Assembly (NCBI RefSeq): GCF_006345805.1
Contig: NC_043012.1
Location: forward strand, 47,430,001 to 47,494,000
Reading direction: 5' to 3'
Source of the DNA: Octopus sinensis
Taxonomy: Eukaryota
DNA: 64,000 nucleotides
Shown here: positions 53,790 through 64,000 of the stretch, piece by piece
Numbering within the stretch: the first letter of the stretch is position 1
How the letters are laid out: every line of letters starts with the position of its first letter
Program-made: the position numbers and the translations under genes
Notes under the pieces: model-generated
Seen by the model: only the letters and a program-made list of their open reading frames with translations
Told to the model about the DNA's origin: nothing
Databases searched by the model: none

Positions 53790-54200
53790 GTGGCGATGAG
53801 TTTAAATGACAGAGGAAATTTCAATTTGCTCATTCACCTACGAGGCGATTTGTTTCACACGGTTTCGAGATATGCTTTGTTTTCTCAATCGACTACTTCA
53901 ATGAATTCTCAGGAGATTCCGGATTTTATAAGCATACAAATAAAGCACATGCATGAAGTATGTGATATCGGTGTGACATTATTTGTAATTCACAAGTTTA
54001 CTTTATTTTACTTGTGCAGCGTTGTGGTACATCAGCAGGTACTCTGTGTGCATATATACGAAATCGTTTACACGGTGACTCGGTTATAAGGTGCCAACGA
54101 GCTGAAATAACAGGAGAATACAATATCTACTGTCCTTGTTCACATACATCGTGATTCGTTTCTTCGGACTTGGAAATATTTGGGGTTTTTTATCTCTGGA
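53790..54200 (+). mobile_element. Old hAT transposase remnant (DUF4371/ZMYM1-like)
   Basis: ORF 53790-54089 NDRGNFNLLIHLRGDLF...SMNSQEIPDFISIQIK resembles the N.GNF..LL...QNE+I motif; YCPCSH downstream resembles the hAT CxxH motif. Confidence 0.45.
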
Positions 54201-55911
54201 CATTTAAAAAGGATTTTCTGGACAAGAGATTTTCTGGACAAAGATACATAAAATATATGATATCAGTAACGTCTAGATTATTTGTACATATTGTCTATCC
54301 TTAAATGACTAAGATTACAATTCCAAGCGCTCAACAGATGCTCACACAAATATATGCATACACATATATGTGTACATGTGCGTTTGTGTATTTATGTGTA
54401 TAAATGAATAGATGCGTGCATCTAGTTGTGTAATTGAACGAGTGTATTATTTATTTTCCTGCATTCAAATAGCAAGATTGATTAAATGAGTAGGGTAAAA
54501 TATAAAAATATATAAACGCATAAGATTACTGAGAAGCTATAATAGGTGTTTTAAAACAAGAAATATATTGAATTTATTTTGTCGAACTGTTTTTGATTCA
54601 AATATATCATAGATTACACATAAGATTATGTATATCGCTGCTAGAATAGCGGAACGATGATTACAGTACGTATTTCAAATTTTCTCTCAACAGATTCTAT
54701 TCAAATACGTTGCACAAACACGGCCACATACAAGCACTCATGTGTGTGTGTGTGTAGATATAATGACATCTTTAGAATTTATATATTAAAAAGCATTTTC
54801 TTCATATTTCACACCATCACTTGTTCTGCTCACCGAGTCGCAGTATCGTTTGATATAATAGATTTATGCATTAAGTCAATTTATAATAAATCAATGTACC
54901 CCACGTTCACATCCAAAACTGACAATCCCATGGAGTTTTATTCACGTTGCATCCCGTAAGGCCGGCTGAAGGGAAAGAATAGAAAAGCTTATGGCAAAAG
55001 GCTGTATTAATAGTAGATAATTATATTTCCATGGTTCTGCTTTCGATTCAACTCCGAATGTAGTCATTAGATGGAAAGAATACAGTTTAGTATATTACAC
55101 TTCGTAGTATAATGCATCTTAAATAGATCAGGGTATATTAACATCACTGACCACTCACACTAAAAATAGTATAACATAATATAAGGCAAGTGAACTTATT
55201 TAAAGCAAAAAATGTAACCAAGAAGAAACTAGTATTGTTTTCATTGGTTATCATACCTATTCATAAGAAGAGAATATTCTATCAAAATAAACCTGCCCGT
55301 AATTATTTTTCTTACGAGAAAAAATATAATTGAAAGTCATCCTAGCAATTGCACTTATATATTAGTATTGTCTAATCAAAATCTATAGTAAATAAATTTG
55401 TGAATACTTGATTAGGTTTACTTATATGTTCTTTTATGTAAGTTCCAACTAATTTACTTATTTGAAATATATTTAAATGTATTTTTTTATAATCATGTAA
55501 TCATTTTAATGCTTATTCATCTCCGTAGTTTAATAACCTGCATGCAGATGTATGGAATATTTCTTGAAGGCACGGATCACTTTTCCGATTCCAGCTACCA
55601 CAATTAATAGATGTCGTACACAAAGTCGTACGATTCATTTTCCCCTTGTTTAGAAACGAAAGATTATTATGCAGTCTTCTAAAATCTGTAGAACAAGCGT
55701 CTACATAATAATTCGAAATACTTTTAGCCGTTATTATACATTTATATACTAAAATATTTCTGAGACATTCATTACAAGTGCACATCGTTTAATTTCTACA
55801 ATTACAAATAAGATTTTTATCAGTAACATTCTTCCTATTTTCACCAGAAATATTAGCTTGTTCCGAAAATAATGGCCGATTTCAGAAACATAAGTTTTGT
55901 CTGGAAAAATT

Positions 55912-55955
<44 letters not shown>

Positions 55956-56338
55956 TTTTTAATAAAGCATATTACTCTGCCTCTGGTATTCGAGTACTAT
56001 TTATTCCACCTTGTTTCGCATTTATGTGCCTACTCCGGTACATATATATATATATATTATATAATGTCCTATATAATACTGTCTCTGTCTCAGTCTGTCT
56101 CCTTCTCTCTCTCTGTCTATGTATATATGTTTATATATGTATATATATATATATATATAAATATAATAAATATTAGGGAATAAATCCAAATTTACAGGGA
56201 AAAAATCAGATTTAGGATTAAATCGATTTTATAGTAAAATATTATAAAATATTATTCGAGACAAAACCACTATTTTGCAAAACAAACAAGGAAAGACTTA
56301 ATCAATACATAAATTTTAATAAATAGTCAAAAAAACCG

Positions 56339-56381
56339 CCACTACAATCGTTTCTTGTCTTAATCGACAATCTTCAGGTGG
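56339..56381 (-). ncRNA. Minimal type I hammerhead motif (left arm)
   Basis: CCAC CTGAAGA TTGTC-gattaa-GACAA GAAA C-gatt-G T A GTGG. U10.1-A11.1 is non-canonical. Confidence 0.65.
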
Positions 56382-56444
56382 ACTTCCAATAATTCAGTGT
56401 CAAATTATGAAGTCTTCATAATTTGACACTGAATTATTGGAAGT

Positions 56445-56487
56445 CCACCTGAAGATTGTCGATCAAGACAAGAAACGATTGTAGTGG
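56445..56487 (+). ncRNA. Minimal type I hammerhead motif (right arm)
   Basis: Helix I CCAC 56445-48 / GTGG 56484-87; CTGAAGA 56449-55; helix II TTGTC/GACAA; GAAA 56472-75; helix III AC-[GATT]-GT; GUA, cut after 56483. Confidence 0.65.
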
Positions 56488-56645
56488 CGGTTTTTTTGAC
56501 TATTTATTAAAATTTATGTATTGATTAAGTCTTTCCTTGTTTGTTTTGCAAAATAGTGGTTTTGTCTCGAATAATATTTTATATATAATATATATATATG
56601 TATATTTATATATATATACACACACATATATATATGTATATATAT

Positions 56646-56715
<70 letters not shown>

Positions 56716-57334
56716 GGATATCCTTGAGGACTACATTAATGGTAGCGTGTCTCCTGAGTACTCAGCCACTTGCATTTTAATTCCACGAGAAGGTAAACAA
56801 CGTGGAGCCAGTATGTACTTGTATCTGTCAACATATGTTGACAGATGCGAGCACATGCCACCAGTGAGGAGAATTATACGAAGTATGCTCGTAATTGTGT
56901 ATATTCTTCAGTTATATTATCGTTATTTATTTACCATGTTATTAAATTTCAAGCTAAAAATTATTTCAACTAAGAAACAATCCAATTATGCGTATTTAAA
57001 AATTGCTTGGAGGTAATATCCAGTTAAATGATGGGGGCATGTTGGGGTCTATACCCAACTATCAGGAGGCTCATGGGTAAACTGCGTACAATGTGGTTGG
57101 GTAATATCTTTGGTTTCGCTTTGGGATCCAGCCGGATGAAATTAGAAACGGTTACTTCTGATGGGACCCGATGAAAGGGACGGTGTTTAATGACTGCGCC
57201 GAGACAGCAGACGTTTAAAAAAACTGTTTGATATGCTTACCTCGCATGAAAATAACAGTAAGACATTAAAACATGCATTGTTACATATTGTGCTTATTAA
57301 ATAATATATATATATATGAAATGGAACAAAAATG

Positions 57335-58329
57335 CAATAGAAGACAATAAAACATTCGGACAGATAGACGATCCAAGGGAGGACAGGAGAAACAAAAATT
57401 AGAAAGGCAGGCAGAAACAACGGGTCATTCGTAGCCTTCTTTCCTCAGTCAATTATTAGAAGTCATAAATGTTTCTGGCAGTTACATCTGAGATCTGGTT
57501 GCCCCCCAAAATGTCTAATCTAAGAGCATTATGCATTTTTGTAAGAAAGCTAGCGAATGTGTATGGCAACAAAGGCAAAAAACGGAGAACATGATTCACA
57601 ATTACAAATACAAACAACAACAAAATAACTACAGGTGTCTTTCGAGTAAGAACGAATCAAATTGAGCTGGCGGGAATTTATGAAATCGTAAAGGCAGGAA
57701 TATATGAGATGGACGTAAAAGGTGTTGGCGTTCAGCAGTCAGGCCAAGAAAGACAGATCATGGCTGGACGGACACCGGTCACGTGGAAGAAGAAGAGATG
57801 TGTAGGGTCAGCTGGACTGAAGCATTAGAAAAATTCAGTGACAAAGGGAAAGGTACAGGGGAGATAAACGAGGGGGAAATAGTGAGCGTTAAAGAAAGAG
57901 ATGGCCAAGAAATGTGTGAGAGAGAGAGGGAGAGTGAGAAAAAGAAAGGAGGAAGAAAATATGAGTGGGACTAAAAGATAGAGTAAGAGTTGTACATAGT
58001 TTAGATACATGCTTACTATAAGGTGATCATAAGTGTGTACCTATTCTGTTATATGTTTATATAAATATAAAAAAATGTAACAAATACACAATAGCAGATA
58101 AAACATTCGGAGAGATAGATGATATAAGGGCGGACAGGAGAAACAATAAATAGAAGGACAGGACAAAAAAGACGGGTCATTTGTGGCCTTCTTTCCTCAG
58201 GCAAGTACCATAAGTCATAAGTGTTTCAGGCAGTTCCACTTGAGAAAGTTCGATCTGGTTGCCTCCCCAAAAGTCTAAGCTAAGAGCATTAGACCATTTG
58301 TAAGAAAGCTAGCGAAGTTTTACGGCAAC
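57335..58329. repeat. Diverged direct-repeat pair 57335-57570 and 58089-58329
   Basis: Shared blocks ATAAAACATTCGGA, GGACAGGAGAAACAA, CGGGTCATT, GCCTTCTTTCCTCAG, GATCTGGTTGCC, TTTGTAAGAAAGCTAGCGAA and GGCAAC, in the same order. Probably two old copies of a retroelement 3' end; identity not computed. Confidence 0.8.
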
Positions 58330-59187
58330 ACACACACACACACACACACACCACACACACATACACACACACACACGCACGCAAACACACACAGACATAT
58401 ATATAACTACCCGCACACACACACGTACACTCCCAAACTCATTCTCATGTCAATTTGTTGTTTAACAGACATTTGAATACACATGGCCAATATTCTGATA
58501 ATATATTTGAAATTAGATGTGTATATAAACCTATGGAAATAAATCACCACGTCTACCTCCACGTTAAGTTATTTGTTATAGCATGGCTTCTAAATGTTTT
58601 AATCAGATATTCTTTGCCGTTTCATTTATCTGCTTAAATATATACTTTATCTAATTTCAGGATTTAATTTTTTCTTCTTTCTATTTTCTGCCTTTTATTT
58701 AAAGATAAAGTGGCTTATTTTCTACAGTTAACTATACATTCATTCACTTTTCATCATGGAAGTGTTTTAATTGTTCGGTTAAATTATCAAACTTGAAGAG
58801 AAATCACATGCCTAACGTCGCTTCATATTGTCCATGCTTTGTTCTTGTTTAAATCTTCACGTATACAATGACTTGCAAGGCTCTCCATAATATCACTGAA
58901 GTCTCTTTCACTGAAGCTCATTTAAATAATATTTAAATTACACTTTCTGTTTCAAACGCTTTCTGTATTATACACACTCACACTCAACGTTTCTCTCTCG
59001 TTTTCTTTGTAGACTTCTATCTTTCTCTTGCAATTTCTCTCTCACTTTCTGTTCCAGTCTGCAGTCTTCTTATCTTGCTTTCTCTCGATCCCTCTTTCTC
59101 TGTCTTGGTGCCTCTCTAACTCTGTGTCTCTGTCTATGTATCGCTCTGTCTGTCAGTCTTCCTGCCTCTCTCCCTCCTTTCTCTCTT

Positions 59188-59218
<31 letters not shown>

Positions 59219-60655
59219 CCCACTGTGTCTATAATTAAGCATGTATCTCTATGTATTCATGTTTCTAAATTCAATTTCATTATCTTCTTTCTAATTTAAG
59301 CCTCATTCCCTGTTTACCTCTCTTTTATATTCATATCTTCTATCTTACCTTCATATATTTCTCCCTCTTTTACGACTTGTATACATCCTCCCTCAATCTA
59401 TCTCTCTATTCGTGTCCATTTCCCATTTATTATCCTCTATTTATACATTCAGCCTCTCACTCTTGGCTTGTCATTGTCTTTGAGTACTTCTTTGTATGTC
59501 TCTTTGAATGCAATTCTCACTCTATTTTACCTCTTCGTCTTCCCCTCTCACTCTTTCCTTTACTTGTAAGAAATACAACTTACTTCCAAAGTCACTAAAC
59601 TGTTGGGAGAGAATATCATTGAGAAGGAATTATCTTTTGGTTGAATCGTTCCTTGCTTCTGACGTTAAGTCGAAAGGCATAAAAGGAAAACCATGTGACA
59701 CGGTTGAGTTGTTAATTTGATGATTAAGACTGCTGTTTAATGACCCTTTCAGCATGTGCAATAAACTCTTTGCCCATGCACACAAACACACACACAACAC
59801 GCACGCGTGCACACATCTGATACGGACGCAGGTTTAAAGACACTCATCCATTTTAAATTTACTAGCAAGCAAATAGAAATACACATAGAAACTCACATAA
59901 ATATAATATTCTCTCATGGTGGGCCATTAATATGCATGGATACGATGCAGCAACTGTCTAAGATTTGGACTTTCACATCCATTTATGAACTGCTATAGTA
60001 GGAATTTATACGCCAACCCATAATATCGACTAAAATGTAGTCATATATTAACACGTTATTATTCTTCGAGATATACTAACACACTTGAACTCAGTCACGT
60101 TGAGAGATCATCTTAAATATATATTTAGGACAGCAGCAAAGCAACGTGAAGAAGTGAACTGACGATAGAGAAAGCAACGAGGAAAGATCGATGGGATGAA
60201 AGAATGGAAGAAAATGCGAAAAGATAATAGAAAACGAATGTAGAAAGAAATCAGGAATATTGAAGGAGAAGTCAGTGGCTTAAAGTGAAAAGTTTGGATA
60301 GGTGGAATCGTGATAGAATAAGGAAAAAGAGAAAGTGAAAGAAAGCGAGGACAGAGTGTGTAAAGTGGGAAAGAAAGAAGAAGAATGGATGATATGCAAG
60401 CAGAAGAACAAGAGAATAAAACAGATGTTACAGAAAGGAACTGGAATCAAGATATGTGGAGAACCAGGTAGGGAAATAAGAAGAAACTGCGAGAAATTAA
60501 AGCGTTAGTGAAAATAAATCACACTTGTAGACCAGAATTTCTCGCAGACACGCAAATTTATACGCACAGGTATAGACACGTTTACACCAACATGCACCCA
60601 CACCAATTCACATATGCACATGTATAGAACACACACACACACATGCATATATATT

Positions 60656-60701
<46 letters not shown>

Positions 60702-62838
60702 AATGTGTGAGCGTGTTTTCGTTTGTACATATACGTGTATCAATGTTTGTGTGTCTGTATGTGTGTGAACAAAGAAATGAACGGATGGACAAAATATGAC
60801 TACACGGTGAGAATGGCATGGAATATATTGCAATAGTAAAGACAATTTCAAGACTATTAGGATTAAGACTCAATATTGCCGTTAATCTTCTTCTTAAGGA
60901 TGTTCTTATCATTGTTCTCTTATTATCCTTGTTCAGTGCTGTGTGCTTGTTGATCGCTTGCTTATATTTGTTCTTGTTATTTTTGTGTTATCTTTACTCG
61001 CTTCCTAAAGGATCGTATCGACATTAACTTGCAATCATAGGAATCAAAAATTTACAGATTAACCATTAAGTGTAGATGTAATCACAGCAACAATAAGGAT
61101 AATGATAAGTATAATGCACATGCAACGGCAACAGTCGTTATAGCATCTAGGCAACTTATTAAATCTTCATCGCTGCTATGTCATAATTGGCACACTTTAT
61201 CTGGTCACTCACAACGTTGTATAACTAAATTTTTCTCATATGAGCATATTTCCCATATACATTTTCTCATGTAGCTCACAATAAGATCTTAATATCCAGA
61301 CGAGTTTTGCCCCTTTTTAGTTAAACATAGAAGACTTTAAATACGGAAAATGCAATCCTTAGTAATTGTTTTGTTTTCTTTCGGAATAATCAGGTAAAAA
61401 ATCTGAAGACATATCAAAGTATATATAATAAGTTTTTAAATACAACAGAGTGGTTTACTCATTCGATTGCTTTGACTTTTCTTTTCAGCTATACATAGGT
61501 TTCAATGTACGGGACTAGTAGCTATATCAGGTTTTCAAGTTTAGCGACGCCTGAATAGATAAAATGTAAGCAAGGACCTACAAGGTACGGGTTAAATTTC
61601 AGTTTTACATAAAAGGAAATTAAAACGCGCTATCACATCTAAAACTGAAATATTTTAAAACGTCAAAATATATCAACTAGATTAGTGTTAGTAGATGACA
61701 GCTTATTCAGAGCAGCCTCGCTCACCTTACACCACGATCTCAAGACGGCTCTGGAGCCTGGCGCATGAGTCCCTCACTGCCTCTTAGGGTAAACCTGCGA
61801 ACACCTTGGTCTTGGTCATGAGTTCCACTTTCGTGTTACCAGCTGAGAGGATGGCGTGTTTCTCAATCATGTGCCATATACAATACACCATGAGATTACA
61901 ATCAGGGGGATAAGAAAGCCATAAATTGGGGCTGGTGAAGTCGTAGAAATTCCCTGCAAAGTACTTCTGACTCTTTCCGGGGGTGTGACAAGGAGCTGAA
62001 TCATGCTACTCTACATATGGCCTTCTAGCAGAGAACTCTCTCCAACCAAGATTTGACCACGGTCTCCAGCAGCTTCACAGTCATCCAAATTATGCCTAAG
62101 GCCCTATTCAAATGTGCGAGAAATGCCCATCTGTCTGCTATGTTCACTCTTACTGGCTACGGCTTCCTAGTACCCTTCGCAAATGTCCATGTCACCTCTT
62201 ACAGTGTTCACAGAACACTCAGTAGCAATCCTTATGTCGGCGTTCTGATACCCAGTGCAAAGCATCCTAACACAGGTAACGCTTCTCTAGTGTTTACATG
62301 CATCCCACTCATCCATGTCAGCCAAGGTTTTCTCAATTACAACATTAATCTTTACACTTTCCAAAGCTGTTGACTCTTCACCAATACATCAAACTGATCG
62401 TCAAATGTAGCCCGAAAACGCTGCAAATTGATATTTTCACAAGATCATGCTTTTTTAACTTAATCAACACTTATTTTTAACATATATAACTCACAATGAG
62501 CCTAAAATAATGCTTTGCTGTGTTATTGTTTCTCTGGGTCTGCAGTCCCCTAAAAGAGGACTTGGGTGTGATATTAATCGTGTGATTTTTTATCATACCC
62601 ATTCCCCATATCTCATATCGTTCCTTGTCCTCATACATTTCAGGATTGAAAACGCTACACCTCATCGTTGTGCTGAGAAAGGCAATTTCATGGACTTCGT
62701 TGCCTATTGCTGTCGATCCTTTTATGCATTTAGAAAAAAGCCAAATCTGGGGAACTTTCACTGGGAGGATGGGTGGTTGCTTAAAAACAGTGATATTGGA
62801 GTCCATGGCTTTGGCTTCCCAGTCATACACACACACAT

Positions 62839-62926
<88 letters not shown>

Positions 62927-63065
62927 TCAAAATAAGCAACAAGAATATCTTCAGTAAGTTGGTACGATCGTTTCACACTGCGTCAGTTTTAAAATGTTTA
63001 ATAAAATGAAGTAGCGTGAAACAATCGTACCAAATTACCGAAGATATTCTTATTGCTTATTTTGA
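62927..63065. repeat. 139-bp imperfect palindrome carrying the 3' half of a hammerhead in each arm
   Basis: 62927-62976 vs 63016-63065 differ at 4 positions. Outward-reading strands carry GAAAC-GATC-GTA (minus) and GAAAC-AATC-GTA (plus). Confidence 0.85.
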
Positions 63066-63167
63066 TGATAATCACCCATGGATTTATTTGGATAACACCG
63101 TACAACATTCTAGTGCATCTGACTTAAATACCATATTCATTTGAATCTAGATTTTGCTGAACGTATA

Positions 63168-63549
63168 TCTCTCTCTATATAAATGGCAGTTTGTCTGTCT
63201 GCGTGTCTGTGTGTCTGTTAGGTTGTACCCTCACCCTGACCACGGCTTTCAACCGATTCTGATGAAACTTGACACACACATAGCCCAATGTCATAATTCA
63301 AAACTAACGTAGCGAAAATTTTGAAAAGTTCCCCCAGTTCTGAAAAAAATCGATAAATTCGACATGGGGTCGACAATCAGAAACACAAACCACAGACTGT
63401 CTAGGGGACGCATCTCGACCTTTTTAACTCTCCAAAAAATTTACCATCATTTTTTTCCCCTTTTTTTGCTATTTTTTGGCTATAACTCTCTAAAAATGCT
63501 TTATAGTTATTTCCCTTACAAACCCGAGCAACGCCGGGCGATACTGCTA

Positions 63550-63550
<1 letters not shown>
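63168..63550 (+). mobile_element. Complete non-autonomous Helitron (383 bp)
   Basis: A|TC 5' end at 63168, subterminal hairpin CCCGAGCAACGCCGGG (63523-63538), CTAG|T 3' end at 63550, no TSD. Hairpin nearly identical to that of 48458-50600. Confidence 0.88.
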
Positions 63551-63609
<59 letters not shown>

Positions 63610-63615
<6 letters not shown>

Positions 63616-64000
63616 GATTTCTAAATATAGCAGAGAGTTATATGCAGTAGTGGTACGGTAGAGTAGTTGTATACTGTCGACTTAATCTGACAGTCCCATG
63701 AAAAGAATAACACTACTACTATTTAGTCTTAGGAAGCAGCAACGCTTCCTGTCAGCCTTGACACATTTCCTGTGCCCTTATCTTTACAAGGGGGAGACAA
63801 GCACCTCCACCTAGCTAAGCCTGCAACCAGAGACTAGTTTCTGCGTCTTTGCTCGTCATCAGTCTGGAGTAGCATGGCTGGAGATGCCTGTCTAGCCCTT
63901 GTAAACATATAAGAATTCTAGTGAAATAAATCCACTGATTACAAATATAGAAATAATAAATTTCCAAATATCTCAGAGAGATATATGCAGTAGTGGTACG
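63610..64000 (-). mobile_element. Hammerhead-bearing tandem unit, period 343 bp (retrozyme-like or Penelope pLTR-like), cut by the window edge
   Basis: 63618-63657 repeats at 63961-64000 (36/40 identical). The unit contains a hammerhead within a long rod, and its 3' end abuts (TA)n. Confidence 0.65.
63827..63867 (-). ncRNA. Minimal type I hammerhead motif (intact core, mismatched helix II)
   Basis: Minus strand CCAGA CTGATGA CGAGCAAAGACGCA GAAA C-TA-G T C TCTGG. Helix I is 5 bp perfect, helix III is palindromic ACTAGT, triplet GUC (cut between 63832 and 63831). Helix II has only alternating pairs. Confidence 0.7.

Larger units (their letters stand above)
56243..56583. repeat. 341-bp near-perfect palindrome (170-bp arms, 1-nt centre at 56413)
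   Basis: Arms match except for one difference found (56362 a vs 56464 c). Unpaired extension 56173-56242 on the left; (TA)n on both sides. Confidence 0.97.

Noticed and set aside
61720-62373. GC-richer segment with a Cys/His-rich ORF, possibly a gag zinc-knuckle remnant
   Set aside because: No intact CCHC spacing in any single frame.

Overview
This is AT-rich, microsatellite-dense metazoan DNA, intergenic or intronic. The SINE and RTE families and the heavy (TA)n/(CA)n/(GATA)n content resemble an octopod cephalopod genome; that assignment is inference from recalled repeat families and was not tested. No host protein-coding gene can be supported. Most ORFs in the track are microsatellite translations or transposon fragments. 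Mobile elements seen: four mariner remnants (three with both TIRs), a pogo/Tigger-like MITE, Buster-type and DUF4371-type hAT remnants, two RTE LINEs (one interrupted by a near-intact CR1/L2-group LINE with a 7-bp TSD), RLE-type non-LTR remnants, an internally deleted Helitron plus a complete non-autonomous relative, and several tRNA-derived SINEs. The most notable signal is a hidden layer of self-cleaving-ribozyme motifs, found by manual folding and not verified computationally or experimentally. (i) An HDV-like double-pseudoknot candidate at 21737-21852, clamped by a long leader-trailer stem. (ii) Minimal type I hammerheads with palindromic helix III, of the Penelope/retrozyme kind: 2772-2864 (+), 24996-25107 (-), a divergent pair inside a 341-bp palindrome (56339-56381 - and 56445-56487 +), and 63827-63867 (-). 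The last sits at the tip of a long rod inside a 343-bp tandem unit that looks like a retrozyme. (iii) Several decayed or half hammerheads. Most hammerhead-bearing inserts end 3' against a (TA)n tract, and several carry a fold-back at the 5' end.
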